From assembly GCA_964035545.1 (NCBI GenBank), contig OZ037765.1:18104995-18168994 (forward strand): a stretch of DNA of 64,000 nucleotides, in the 5' to 3' direction. Below the pieces are notes generated by a model. It had not been told where the DNA came from. It saw only the letters and a program-made list of their open reading frames with translations, and searched no databases. This DNA is from Bugula neritina. Its lineage: Eukaryota > Animalia > Bryozoa. This document shows positions 14,901 to 33,116 of the stretch, in pieces. Each line of letters opens with the position of its first letter. The stretch's first letter is position 1. The translations under genes and the position numbers were made by a program.

Positions 14901-17900
14901 ATGAGGGAAAACTCCTAGACACACCACCATTCTTCTTCCACAATGCCCTAGGTGCATAGGTGGTAGGAAACAGTGGATTTTTTTAATTGAATTGTCCATG
15001 TTTCGTGTTTTAGTGAGGTCACATGTTGCGAATTTAATCCAGAACACCAGTTGTTTACTTGTGGAACTGGCCACGTAAGTATCATACGGCTATGTTTTAC
15101 TTGCAAGAAGTTTTTGAATAAACTAACAAATCAGTATTATAATTGATGAGTAGCTTCTACTTCAAAGTAGAACTCAATCCAATGATGGCAATGAAAAATA
15201 CTTTCTAAACAATATCATTACTTTTTAATAATGAATTATTTACCTACATACGTGACAATTTCTGTTGATTTTACATTTATCTGGTATACTTGATAGTTTG
15301 TTAGTTTATTTTTATCAAATAATGTATTTAATTGATGTAATATTGTATGGGAAACTATTCTGTTATATATTCCAACTTAATATTAACTATGCAATTATAC
15401 CATTGCGCTTTTTAAGTTACTAAACCTATAGTAATAATATGTTTTATGTTTACAAATGCACTGTAGCTAACGAAAGGCATCAAAATAAATAGTGGTAAGG
15501 GTGATTGCAGAACAGTGCACAACATTCTGTTTTTATGGATTTCTGCAAGTAAAATTAGCGATGGATTTATACAAATAGCAATGTAATCTACAAGTTTATA
15601 TTTAAAATGAATTAATAACATTTTAAACAACTTTATAAAAGTTTAAAAACGACTAATATAATCGTACAATGTAATTAATAATAACCTTTGCTAGTGTTGA
15701 CGGTGCTTCGTTAACATGGCAGGTTTTACAGTATAATTTATATACTTTCATGTGGATATGCCGCAGTGTTTGGAGATTTGTTGTGAAATATTTAGTTTTG
15801 AGTGTTTTTATTATCACTTATACGAGCTAACTTTCTAATGGCGTGCAATCACTCCTTTTAAGGGTCACGTTGAATGCTGGGATCCAAGGACGAGATTCAG
15901 AGTTGGTTCATTAGATTGTGCCATTGCTACTTACCAGGAGTCTAACATGTAAGTGTAAGTTCATCAGGTTCTACAGAAACCTGATGAAAAATATATAGCT
16001 TCTTCTTGTGCATACATTCAATGTGCAAGATGACTTTTAGTGTTATGTTTCCATAGTGAGTTGTGGACTATTTTAGATAAAACGCTATTTTAATTAGTTT
16101 TTAAAGTTTAATGCAATAAAGATTATTTGTGACATGAATTTTTTTACGCTCTTCTACCACAGTTTTTATATAATTAGGGAACTGCTGTAAAATATTTTGG
16201 ACGTTTTTATTCAGCAAATATAATATATTTCAGCGAATCTGTACCTCAAGTCACTTCATTGAAGTATAAAGATGGATTGAATTTGGGTGTAGGAACAAGT
16301 TGTGGTCAGGTAAGCTAGAAGTTAAATAATATAGTTATATTCTGCTAAACCTGATTAGATTTCTCCGTCTACTAGTAGCACTAAGAGCACCACATCTATG
16401 CAGCATATGTATTACACCCTCTGTAGTGAAAGCCAATACTACTATTCAAATTTTGTTTAGGTTTTAATTGCTTCAGTTTGTATAGTATTTATTTATCTCA
16501 GCAAATTTAGTACATCGCTCCGGTAAATGCGATTGTTGGTTTTTAGGTTCTCCTTTTTGATATTCGATCAAAGAAGCCATATTTGGTTAAGGACCATAAT
16601 TATGAGCTACCAATTAAGTCAATACAGTTCCAACCAGGAAAAAACATTGTATTGTCTATGGATAAGCGAATAATGAAGATGTGGGATGGAAACACTGTGA
16701 GTAAACTGCTGAGATAAAATTTCTTTTACCAACCAACTTTTTCAACATAAAATAGTTTTTCGTTTGTACAATTAATTGGAGTTTGCTTGGCTGCCAGGGT
16801 AAAGCATACACACACATAGAGCCGGAGGAGACAAGTCTGAATGATCTTTGTCTTATACCAGAAACTGGTCTCATGTTTATGGCCAACGAAGCTCCAAAAA
16901 TATTGACATACTTTGTACCGGTAAGTCAGTAATAAACTGTTGTAATTGTGCTTTAATTTCGGATTTCTTGCACATGCCATCTTTTTCAAAGAGCAGAGGG
17001 GGGAGTTACAGTAGCGATGTTTTCATAGGGTTTTGGAATGAAAATTGAACGCAATTTTAGATATAATCCACAAATAATATTAATTTGTTTTCATGTATGG
17101 TGTTGCATCTTTTCTCAGCAAAAGTTTAAATTGCTTGAAGTTGATAATACTTCTCTGTGTTTGCAGAATCTTGGTTCAGCTCCAAGCTGGTGCTCGTATT
17201 TAGACAACATAACAGAAGAGTTGGAAGAAACTTCTACACCTCAAGGTGTTTCTCAAGTTTATATGTTTCCATTTTCTTGTACACTATTGCTCTCTATGCT
17301 TGTTGATAAAATGGCTCAACTTGCTGCGTTGCTAGGGAACATGCAGTTCATTTTTATTACTTAATGGCTAAACTGCACCTTAAGCACTGTTAATTGATTT
17401 TTATTGATCATATGTTTGATATTTTTTAGTGTATGAAGACTTTCAATTTGTGACCAGGGCTGAGCTAGAAGAAATAGGTCTAAGTGATTTGATTGGAAAG
17501 CCATTTGTGAAAGCCTTTATGCACGGGTTTTTTATGGATGTTAGGCTTTACAAGAAGGCATGTCATCTTATGTTTTATTGTTGTTGAATCTTCATGCATA
17601 CTTGATCTTTTCACTGAAAAATCAAATGGTTTGATAATTAAATTTGCAATTCAGTTCATCTCACTAAATTAACTTGTTATAAATTGTTGTAAATTCTGAT
17701 TATTATGCTTTGGTAGGCCAAAGGTGTTAGTGAGCCATTTGCTCGACATGATTATGAGAAAAAGAGAGTCCAGCAGATGATTTTGGAAAAGACGAATGAT
17801 CGTGTTAAATCCAAGTACAAAAGACCTACAGTTAATAAAGAATTGGCTCAGAAGATACAGGAGCAAGAAAAGGTATGCATTTGTGGTTGTGTTATACAAC

Positions 17901-19455
17901 ACATTGAAGCATAGCATTTTAAACAAATATTTGGTTGAGTTATGTTTCTCATATAAAACTCTACTTTCAATGAGCTAAGTTTAGTTTGCGGTGCTGCAAA
18001 CAATATCATTGGCTGGTTGTAATGTGAGTACTGATTGGTTTCATTTGTGTGATGTGAATTCAGGATGGAGGCTTGCTCAAGGATGATAGATTTGCATCAC
18101 TTTTCCACAATCCAGACTTTGCCAGGAACAAAGAGAGCCGAGAATACCGTATGATGAACCACAATGTGGCCAGGTTAGATATGGATAAAAAGAAGAAAGC
18201 TAAGATATTGGAAAATTTTGAGGAAGTCGATGGTGGTAAACCTAAGAAAAAAGAAACTCCTGCGGTAAACATTGCCTTTTACTAAAGAGAAATTTGCTGC
18301 AGTTACAAGGTCAATGTATTTTAATGCCGATTTTAAATTTTAAAGTTTTTTTTTATAAGCTCTAAAAAGTATTATTCAATTGTATTTTTTGTAACTCTGG
18401 CTTCAGGTAAAGGTTGTTAAACAGCCAAAATTCTTCGAAATCAAAGAAGGAGATTCTTTAAATGATCTTCAATCCAGTGTCAGCAAACCAAAGAAATCAA
18501 AGTAAGTTGCTCAATTTATTTTTGTTTGTCTAAATGGAATATCTTCTGTCCAACAGTGCACTAGTAGCTTCAGTAGTTTATTTTACCTTCTATATAACTT
18601 TTGGTTTCATAACATAAGGCATGATTTCTGTTGGATATAGTTGCAGTGTACACTTAGAAATGGATTTGAAACTATTAGCTATACCTCAAATGTATAGTTA
18701 TGATCATCTCATTTTGGTAAATGTGGTTCGAAACTGTTCCATATTTCATATAGCTTGCCCCAAACTATGTTGTTGCTTAGTCAAACTCTTTTTGTCAAGG
18801 CTTCCACTTTAACATGTTAGCCTGCTATTGTTTTTACAATAATTGCAACATATGCTCAATATGAACATATGCACAATGAGACCAAGTGTTAATTCACAGA
18901 TATGGGTATCTTATTTATGTTATTTTTATCCTCAATTTTAAAAATGATGCATTCACTGGGTTATAATCTTTTAGCATACATAATTGCTGGTGTCAGATAT
19001 TAAGATATCGCTTACACGTTAACCTATTTTTGTTATTCATCCTGCATTATAATATTTGTTGTAGATTATCGTTGGAAGAACGAATTAAATCTCTGGAGTC
19101 AAAAAGTGACAGTATAAAATACAATTCGAGTTTTGGTGCTAAAGAAATGACTTATATCCCATCAATGGTAAATTTGATTTAAAACATTGTGCTTAAAGTT
19201 ACGATGGTGTCTAATTAGATTTTTGGAATGAGGTTTCTTTTAATGTTTTATTACAAGCAATCTTAGTACTGTTAGTTTTTAGTTTTGAAGACCATATTTT
19301 ATAGTTGATATTTCAAATTTTTACTACAGGATGATAAAGCTAAAAAGCAGAAACAAGATCAGGATGAGCACAGAAAAACCCGAGCCAAGTTACGTAGATC
19401 TGCTCATAAGATAACCAAACATAAAATTGCTCCCATGTGGAAATCAACAAATTGA
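11925..19455 (+). CDS. NOL10: Nucleolar protein 10 (Enp2 homologue; WD40 + NUC153), about 17 coding exons
   Basis: Starts MQVSNPNDIKIYNLSAGRSLPE/WLSERKRRKL; also RIELLQDFSMP, GTYKPR, LGSAPSWCSYLDNITEELEE, FMHGFFMDVRLYKK, DDRFASLFHNPDF. Approximate exons 11925-11990, 12804-12849, 13222-13436, 13959-14095, 14395-14460, 15014-15074, 15863-15948, 16234-16309, 16547-16696, 16798-16920, 17167-17245, 17430-17557, 17717-17872, 18064-18264, 18407-18501, 19065-19167, 19330-19455 (TGA). Confidence 0.95.
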
Positions 19456-21797
19456 ACATATAGTTACTACTAATTTAAAAAAATTGATCTTCATTAAAAG
19501 TTGTGTAGTACTTCATGCATGGATGAAGTATAAAGTTATCGGAAATTATTTTTATACATGATAAAATAATAAAATGATAGCATCATAATAATAGCTTTAC
19601 TGATTGCGATGACAGTTGTTTTTATGTGTTTAATCAATAATGCACCACCGTATTTGATATGCGCTTTAAAATAGCAATTAAGGAGGTACAAGCAGTAGTC
19701 ATTTATAGGTCGTATACAGCAATATAAATATACTCCACCTAATTGTAATAAAGGCTAGTTAGGAACAGGTTGACTTTTAGAATAGTCTTTTTAGTGTAAG
19801 TTGATTCGATTTCAGAAATAGTCACAAGTATTTATTAAGTTTGTGAGCAATAAAATTCTACAAGTTCTATATTATAATCATAGTGGTGGAACATCCATTT
19901 TACATTGCTATGTTGGCTAATATTCTAGCAACCTTGTTTGAGTAAAACCATTGCAGGTAAACCAATACACAGGAAAAAATATGCCAATATGAGTGTCGCA
20001 CAAATGGATGACTTGTCAACTCTTGCTAAATCATAGAAGTTTCAACAGTTTCTGTATGTTGTATATATGAGAATACCCAAATTGCAATAATAAAAGCTTA
20101 AGTGTGGGCTATGTTGTTTATCTAAGAAAATTTCTTCATATTTTTCAATTGAGAAAGTAAGGTCCTGTATGGTGTTTAGTTAAATAAAACATTATCAACT
20201 TTTTGCAAGTTGCAACCTTTAGGAAAACTCTGGTGGTAAGGGTAGGTGTAAGTGCGTGTTCGTTGCAATATTTCTTTTCAATTTTCACCTGTCACATTTC
20301 ATTGTCCGTATTTATAAGTTACTTCCTCCATACTATGACGAAAAGTTGCTTTCTACTATAGAGTTATCCTACTCTTTTGTGGCAGTAGGGCCATAGTCTG
20401 CGTGTGTGAAAGGCCCCGTATTTCGTTCGGTAATAATATAACAGAAAATATTATGCAAAAATCTATTATTATGACACGAAGAATTCCGAATGTTGGCGTT
20501 AAACTGCGTCAACGATTTTTATTGGATGGTCGTTGCGCGATTGAATGAACATAATATAGATGAGTTGCTAAGCTGGGTTCAGGGTTGAGTGAAAATTTTC
20601 ATTTTGATTTACAATAAGTATTGACAATTTCCAAGTTGTAGCACCAAAAAACTCGACAAAAACAGAGTTTTCTATATATCAAGGCTATAATATTGGTTAT
20701 ATTGGTGAAATTTTATAATTTATGTGCCTAACTGTATTTATAGTATAAGTTAAAGTATTGGACTTCGGGTAATACTTATACTAATACTAACTCACTAAGA
20801 GTAAGTCAAAATGTAACTCAAAACTGTCAAGTGTAAGTGTAATAGTTAGTCAATAGGTGTGACATTTTGATTTACATTAACTTGAACTAAAAATTAGAAT
20901 AAGTTATCATAATTGATATTAGTTATAATTGCCATTGACTCTCATTATTCACTATTACTATTACTATTACTATTAGTATTAGTATTAATAGTGACTAACT
21001 CTAAGACATTAGCCTTAGGGCTTAGGCCGCTAGGGCATGAAACTGAATGGGACTATGTCTGTCGTGATCGTCTATCAGAGTCGCTATGACTATCACTATG
21101 AATATCAGTATGACTATTAGACTCAGTATCACTGACTATTACTATAGTATATGAATGTCTATTTGATTTTGAATTTAATATCAATATGAATATGTATGAC
21201 TTAATAATTAGTATAAGTATAATTCTTATTCTTGAAGTTAGACACCCTTCAGGCTTTACTGGAACTATGTCTATTGCTCAATTAGTACAAGTGCAAGGAT
21301 AATTTCTTCAATATTCTTTAGCTTAGGCTTTATGCTTTGGTTATTATTACTATTGCATTTAGTTTTATGCAATGCAAGCAAGTTGATGGGATGTGTTTAC
21401 TGCATCTAGCTAGCACTTGTGTTCCGTCTAAGTCTATTGAAAGCATTTATTGAAAATTGAGGTATCCTAATCTAAAATATAAATTGAAAAACATGTTATT
21501 GGCTTAGTTATAAAATATATTATAGTAAGTTGATGTTTTATCTTTCCCATGTTTTGCTATCAAAATTATACTCGAGCTGTTTCTGCAGATACTATAAATT
21601 TCCATCTAATTCCTGGTAATTTATTACTGTTTTTTTTCTAATTTAAATGGATATTTAGATTATGATTTTTGATCAATCAGCAATTGCTATCAAGTCCAAT
21701 AGTTGAATTCTAGAGTATTGATTTCAGAGGTTGTGCAGTCTTTAATTATAATCATAATGTCTGCAAAATTAAATAATTGCTCACTGTTTTCCCTATT

Positions 21798-21960
21798 TAG
21801 GAGTAATAGAGGAGAAATTGATATAGCCTAAGTTCTTTAATTTTATTATTTAATTTTGGTTTGGGGCGAGAGTTGAAATTCTCGCAAGAACATAACTTCT
21901 TATGCTACATTTTTAATCTGCAACACAGGCTTTTCTCAACTTCTCCATTACTGCACCTAC
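21798..21960 (-). mobile_element. MITE-like repeat, copy 1 of 3
   Basis: Reverse complement of the ~145-bp repeats at 36810 and 41748; degenerate terminal inverted repeats (TAGGTGCAGTA-T-GAGAA). Confidence 0.7.
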
Positions 21961-23219
21961 CTCGTTTTCCCAAAGGCAAATGGTTGTAAAAAAGTATACT
22001 TATAGTAGAATATAATGGAGAATTACGAACTGTCTTACACCATGTTTGTCCCTGTTCAAACACATCAATAGGGCACAGTGTTACCATATTTGCATTCAAA
22101 TTTTTCATGAAAATACCACAACTAATACTTTTTTCCTCGTGGCATCCTAAATGATATTGTTATAGTAGGGTTTTCAGATATTAAAATGTCGTAGTTGTAG
22201 AATATTTTGATATAGAAGTAATAAAATTGGGGTGACCAAAATGAAATTTTAAATACTTCATTTGCAGAAAGTTATGGTCATAAAACTGGTTTAAAATGTA
22301 TCTTATTTGATTTGATGCAATAAAGTCAATGTTGGTGGGCTTTTTCATTTATTTGAAAATTTCATTTTTTAGTGGTATACATTTTGTTTGGTTTAAAGTA
22401 AAGCTTTTCTTATTGAAGCAAAAACAAAACTTTCCTAGAACTATGACTAGAAATGTGTAAAGAGTAACAGTTTGTAATACTTTCATTTAGAGAGCATACA
22501 CAATGTTTTTATAGCATTTCAGTTAATAAAATTTTCATTGATCGTTTTGCTTTTTCTATTGGAATAACTTTAGCTGATGTATTTCTAATCAATTATAATG
22601 CTATAACCTGCAAAGGTAGCTTATTCAACCTTGGCTAAGGATGTAGTATTACTGATGATAATTGTCTCTGCTCTATGAACCTGGTAATTTCAAATTTTCA
22701 GAGTGTAATAATAAGAAGTTTTCCATTTTCTAATTTGTTTTGTAGAAAATGATTGACAAATTAAAGGAGGATAAAGGCTAATTTAGAGTTATCTTCACAG
22801 AACTGTCAATTGTTGTAAGTTAGCATTACAAGTTAACATATTTTCATTTTTGACAAGCAAATTAAAATGAATTAGTATGTTTACTGCAGCTTCTACTCGA
22901 AAATTACTGTATATTTTTTCAACTTTCTTTCACTGCTTAGCATTAGTTTGTCTTTAAGAAGTTATGTCTACATGAGTATATCAAGATGATAATAAACCAG
23001 ATTTGCTTAATATTTGTAGACGCTAGTAAATCTGTTTGCATAATACTTTATGGTTGCCTAGTTTAAATTTGTAAGCAAAATTTCATATTATGAACATGAT
23101 TACAATATGTTTTTATTTTAGAAAGCAATAAGCATATCTCAAATGATATTATTCCCAAAGATTTACTACCTACATGTAACTCTACAATTGCTTTATACTG
23201 ATCATCACAATTGTCTAAC

Positions 23220-27500
<4,281 letters not shown>

Positions 27501-28261
27501 ATGCATAGACCTTCACTTTATGATTAATTGGTAGATTGGGCCATCTATTGATGAAACAAAATTATTCATAGCGTATATAATCAGCTACAAACATTGACCA
27601 GGCAATTCTGTCTTTCTGCTGGAATATATTTTGTGTCTAGCCCAGTACACACCTACATTACTAGTATCTTGATTTGATTGCCTTAATATCAAAGTTGTGT
27701 TTCAAGGGTTAAATGATATATATCTTCAAATTATCTTTTTGCAGCTTTAAGTTTTAGCCTAAATTGTAGTTGAATTGTCCTTCACTGTAAATATGGTGTA
27801 GGTGCATGCGTGTATTTTAAACTTAAAACTTTCAGGATAACAGTTAAAGCTGACAAAAATATATTATAATAAATCTATTAGTTCTCTAAATATTGACGTA
27901 ACAAAATAACACAGTAAACTTGATATCTATTATTGTCTACACTGTATAACTTGAAATGTCAAAGTCTGTATGAAATAATTTTAATTCCTGCTTATAATTT
28001 CAGTTAATAATTTGGCTGAGCAGTTTTAACAAAGTATCTCATTAATGCAGTTATACTGTGTTGAAAAATAAAGTTTGGTTCATAATTAATACATTGATTT
28101 GTCCTGTAACATTTCAACTATCCACTGATTCAAATATAGGATCATACAAATAATTTATAGAAAACATGTAAAAAATATATAATCGTCTGTGATTAATACG
28201 GTAAACAAAAATATAAATCATTAATAACTTTGACCCTCCACCCTCCTACCAACAGGTGATC

Positions 28262-29653
28262 TCAGCCCAAAAGCACTCTTTTGATTCGCTTTCTGGCTTC
28301 TAATAACTCTTCGTCAGACTCTGAGTCACTGCTGCCTTCAACATGAGGCCGATTATCCGAGCAGTTTGGAGAGCAAAGATACTGCAGCAAAGGAAGTCTG
28401 TATTTCCCACAGAAATCCACAAATTTCACGTGTTCAACTTTAGCTGAGAAGAAAACTCCTATAAAATACAAAACATAACATCACTTAGAAAGGCGTGCTA
28501 TATTGCTGAGATTTGGCATTGATTTCTACATGGTAGAACTTACCTTTACATCTTGGGTTGACGCATTTATTAGCAGACTTTAAATACTGGTCTAAACATC
28601 TAGGAATCGCATTCTTTGTGTAAGTAATGTGATTCAACTTGATAACCCGACCAGACAACTCCAAGAGAGATGGTACTTCATAAGTCATTCCCTGTATAAA
28701 TTTCACAACAAGGGGGTTGTTTCTTAGACTCAGCTCCACAAGATTTATGGCAACAATTTCTGGGGGCAATGTCGCCAGCTTGTTATTATGTAGGCTCAGA
28801 CTTTTCAACTTTCTTAGATACATTAATGTCTTGGGAAGACTTTGTAGCCGGTTTCCAGCTAAGTTTAGGTTAGTAAGATGGGTCAGAGATCCTACTTCTT
28901 CGGGAATACAACGTAGCAAATTATCCCCCATGTTGAGCACCTCTAAACTGCAAATATATAAAAACTAGGTCACTAATCTAAATTTAAGACAACACTGGAA
29001 GAATTTAGAGGCAGACTTTCTATTGCTAGATCATACACAGATGATCAAATTACATCTTTTCACATTAAAAAACACAGAACGCAACAACACAATAGTGTTG
29101 CTATGAGCATACACGTGTTACAGTTATACATCAAACCTTAGTCACCAGGCAACAGCATGTATGTATTATAAAAAACCAACCTGTGAATATGGTGTATCAA
29201 GTTTGGCATTTCCTCAATCCTGTTGGAGGCCAGGTACAACTTCTGAATTTGCGGCATGTGAATTAATGGAGATGGAAATTCCGTAAACCTGTTGCCACTT
29301 AGATTAATAGCTTGAAGTGAGTGTAACTGGTCAAAATTTTTAGGTAGAGAATCATTGTCTAAATTGTTATTTTTAACCACAAGGGTTTGCAAAAAAGATA
29401 GTCTTCCAATCTCTTCTGCAATATGACAAAGTCCATTATTACTAGCATCAAGAATTACTAGATTAGAGAAAGTTCCGATTGCCCCAGGAAGTATACCAAT
29501 GCTGTTATGGTGAATTTGTAAACTTAAAATCTGATCTCGCTCCGTAATAGGAAGACGATCTTCGGGAAATGTATGGAATCCATTACGAGACAAGTCTTTG
29601 CTGTTTAAATCAGTCCAATACTGGTTCCATGGTCTTTCTTCTCTAGAGCCCAT
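28262..29653 (-). CDS. LRRC58: Leucine-rich repeat-containing protein 58
   Basis: Exons 29181-29653, 28544-28947, 28262-28458: multiple LxxLxLxxN repeats, BC-box-like PSLLELSGRVIK, and the characteristic C-terminal CVNPRCKGVFF...HVKFVDFCGKYRLPLLQYLCSPNC. Confidence 0.92.
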
Positions 29654-30113
29654 GCTTTTATTTTCAAGACTAGAAATATGCCTGCAATAAAGAGACTAGC
29701 TTTGCACACATGACATAAAATAGAATGCCACAAATTTTACATGTATTTGTTTTACCAAAGGACGCAAGTCAAATTTTTGGTCAAATACTAAAACAAGCAA
29801 CCTTTGCTACTCCGAAACAGTGCTCTGTTTTCTTATACTTTAATGTGGTGAAACTTAATTTCAAGATGATAAATACACCTCTCCAGATACTTTTTATAGG
29901 GCACCTGTTCAAAGGCACCACAAGACCTCTATTATAACTGCAAACCATTGCTGACATGACTAGCCCAGCCATCAATAAAACCATAATTTTCATTAAAAAT
30001 AGTAGTTACTCTAAAAGCTTCCTGGTATATCAAATTATTTGTCTTTTATAGTTACAACACAATAGTTATAATAATACTTAATATTGAAATGCAATACTTT
30101 CTGCAAACATAAG

Positions 30114-30328
30114 AAGCAGCCGTGGTCTAGGGGTTAGAGCGTTCGGTTAGTAGACACGAAGTTGTGAGTTCAAACCCCAACAAAGGCCATTGGTGATGTT
30201 AGGAAAAGCATCCAGTCATAATTGCTCCTATGCCTCAACTGAATAAGTTTTTAGCCCAATTTAACAAAAACCCCTTCCATCAGGGGTTTTCTCACAGGAA
30301 TGGTGACTATAAACTTGTGTAAGTTTAC
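30114..30328 (+). mobile_element. tRNA-derived SINE, copy 1
   Basis: A-box TGGTCTAGGGG and B-box GAGTTCAAACC; homologous over ~215 bp to the inverted copy at 37770-37985. Confidence 0.85.
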
Positions 30329-33116
30329 GACATATCATACGTATCTAGAAAATATAAAACATTTACTCTATATATAAGTTTGATAGAATTTAGCATTTAT
30401 TGCCATATTTTATTTTCATAATGTAATACATAGAGTACTAATTACATTATTTTGAAAATAATTATATAACTTCAATATAATAACATAAATAAAGTGATTT
30501 ACCATAAATAATAGTGCTAAATTAATATTTTCCACTGTATTTTGTATCATATACCAATGATTAAAAGTCAACACTTTTAAAAATAGGAATAAATATCAAA
30601 AAAAATAGTGTTACTTCAATATCATATTACTTTAGGATTTATTAGGAAATTAGCCCAAGCATGGGCTTTTCCACAAATCCTTTTCCTGCTAGTTCAATCG
30701 TATTTACACACCACAGCCACCTAAATTTATGTAACTCTTTGATACAATTTTTGCATGTTTAACACTGTTAGCGCTTCAGAAAAAACAGCTATAATGCATA
30801 AGTACAAATGTTTAATATGAATGTTATATTAGTAATAACTAAGAAGCATCACATAATTCAGTTTATGTCTATAATTGTCAATTTAATGGCCCAACTGCAG
30901 CTATGATTACCAATATTATCATAACTATTAGTATTACTGAGTATGATTTCTGACTAATGGCCCTTAAGTATGAAACTAAATGTCTAGCTGCATGATTGTC
31001 TCATAACATACTGGGAATAATAATTGGATTGCTGGTCTGACATCCATTCTGTGGAAATTAGTATTAGAACTACTACTAGTAAAAGATGTAGCTCTGTTAC
31101 AGTGACAGACTCGGTAAGTTATATTTATACTTTGAGTTGGTTACTGATACCATTACTACTACTATTACTACTAGCACTTCGTGCATTCACAGGAGCCAAT
31201 CGGCAATCTGTACAAACAAAAACTCTTTGCCATAAGATATTCATAAAGTTTAAACACCTGCCAACCGTTCAGCATGAAGTATGAACATTCAGTTTCACAT
31301 TGATTCTAATCATAATGATAGTGGTAGTAATTGTGATTGAGTCATAGCTTCGGACTTGCATACATCTGCAATATAATTAACTTGAGTAGCAAATTTTTAG
31401 TTACAAATTGCCATTTCTTTTACTATTAGATTACTATTAGTTATAGTATAACTATTCGTATTACTATAAGTATAACATTAACTATAAATATAAGTATTAG
31501 TATAATATTAACTTAAAGTTAATGCTTTACCATTTTCATTATCATTATTAATTTCATTCATTATAAATCTCGTAATAATTTTAATATAAATAATCATTAT
31601 ATATAATTATAATAATCTTACTTGTGATTATCATAATCATTATGATAACCACTACGACTATGACTATCAGAATGAGAATCATAATGACAATCATTATCAA
31701 TTATCATCAATGATATCGATATCATTATGATTATGATAACGAAGTGATAATAAATAATCATAACGCTTAGTTTTACAGTTACACCAACACTAATACTAAT
31801 AGTAATAGTAATTGTAAATCAGTAAGTGTAACACTCACACTGACAGTTTGAGTTTAACGTACAGTTCGAGTTTGACTTTGACTTTGAGTTAGTGTGTTAG
31901 TGTTACTCTTAGTCTTACACTTGCAGTTACTCTAACTTTTACGCTTAGTCTTAGTCATACTAATAGTAATATAGTTAATGTTATAGTTATACTTATATAC
32001 TTATACTTATAGTTATACTGATACTCATAGTCATACTCATACTCATAGTCATAGTGATACTGATAGTGTGAAAATCAAAATGAAAATGATATTTATTAAC
32101 TTCTAGTTGCAACCAGTCAATTTGTTATAACTTTGCCAATACTATGTCTATATTCAAATTTATAAAATAAGATTTGGAATCCCACAGCATCATACTGATA
32201 ATGATACATTTACAGTGAGTATTGTGCAAGTATTCGATGATTCAACGCAGATCGGATGCATCGAAGTGTAAACAATCTCGTGAAATGTATGACACGCAAA
32301 GCCTGAGTGGCCCTTAGTTGTGTTCAAAGTTCAAAGGGCCATAGAGCAATGTTACACAGTTAAGGTAGGATAACTCTATACTAGAGACGCTTATAGTATC
32401 ATCTCAATAACAATATAACTATAATAATATTATTATATCCATTGAACTATATTATAGTTTCAGTTCATTGATTATATCTGCACGTGTACTTGGAGGAGAC
32501 AACTTTGATTTGCACGAAAGAATCAAAAGCTCTACTGAAATAGAAAATTAAATGTAACAAGTACATTCAAATAATATAACATATTGTTTTTTGAAAGTTT
32601 TAAGTTGTTAAGTTTCAACAGACCCTTCTATACCTTATCTAATGGCATTAGAAAACTGCCAACCACCACTGATGACTGCCTACAAGTACAATGCATATTG
32701 AGTAAAAGTGACAAAAAATCAATAAAATAGAATACATTTACCTACAAAATTGCTTCATATTGCATAAAATAAAGTATACGTCATTTGTGGGGGGGTTATT
32801 TTTGCTGACTCACGGTTAAATAACATATTATTGTAATAATAATTATATTCATGTATGCATTTGTGCGAGAAAACCTATATGAACCGCTCAGAAAATATTA
32901 GTGTTATCCTCTCTTTATAAAAACTTAAGCTTTATTTATCGCAGTCAGTCTATGTCAAGGTTGTTTTTCACTCTGATCTGAAGCTCATTATTTTTGCTTT
33001 ATGATTTTAAATATTATAATACTTAGTTAGTTTAGGTATTTTAATTGTACTTTGGATCCGCTTCTTCACAATAAAACTGATTAAAGTAGTTTTTTTTGGT
33101 AAATTTGAGTAGCAGT

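Noticed and set aside
15960-15988. CTGATGA within the hairpin TTCATCAGGTT..AACCTGATGAA (similar case at 54162-54186)
   Set aside because: Simple inverted repeat that sequesters the motif; no stem II/GAAA arrangement.
21950-21975. TAPTSFSQ as a candidate GSK-3 Ser9 exon
   Set aside because: Overlaps the MITE terminal repeat, lacks the RxR residues and has no convincing splice context.
23199-23201. Readthrough or Sec at the in-frame TGA upstream of the GSK-3 ATG
   Set aside because: The upstream peptide has no similarity to GSK-3 N-termini and no recoding signal is visible.
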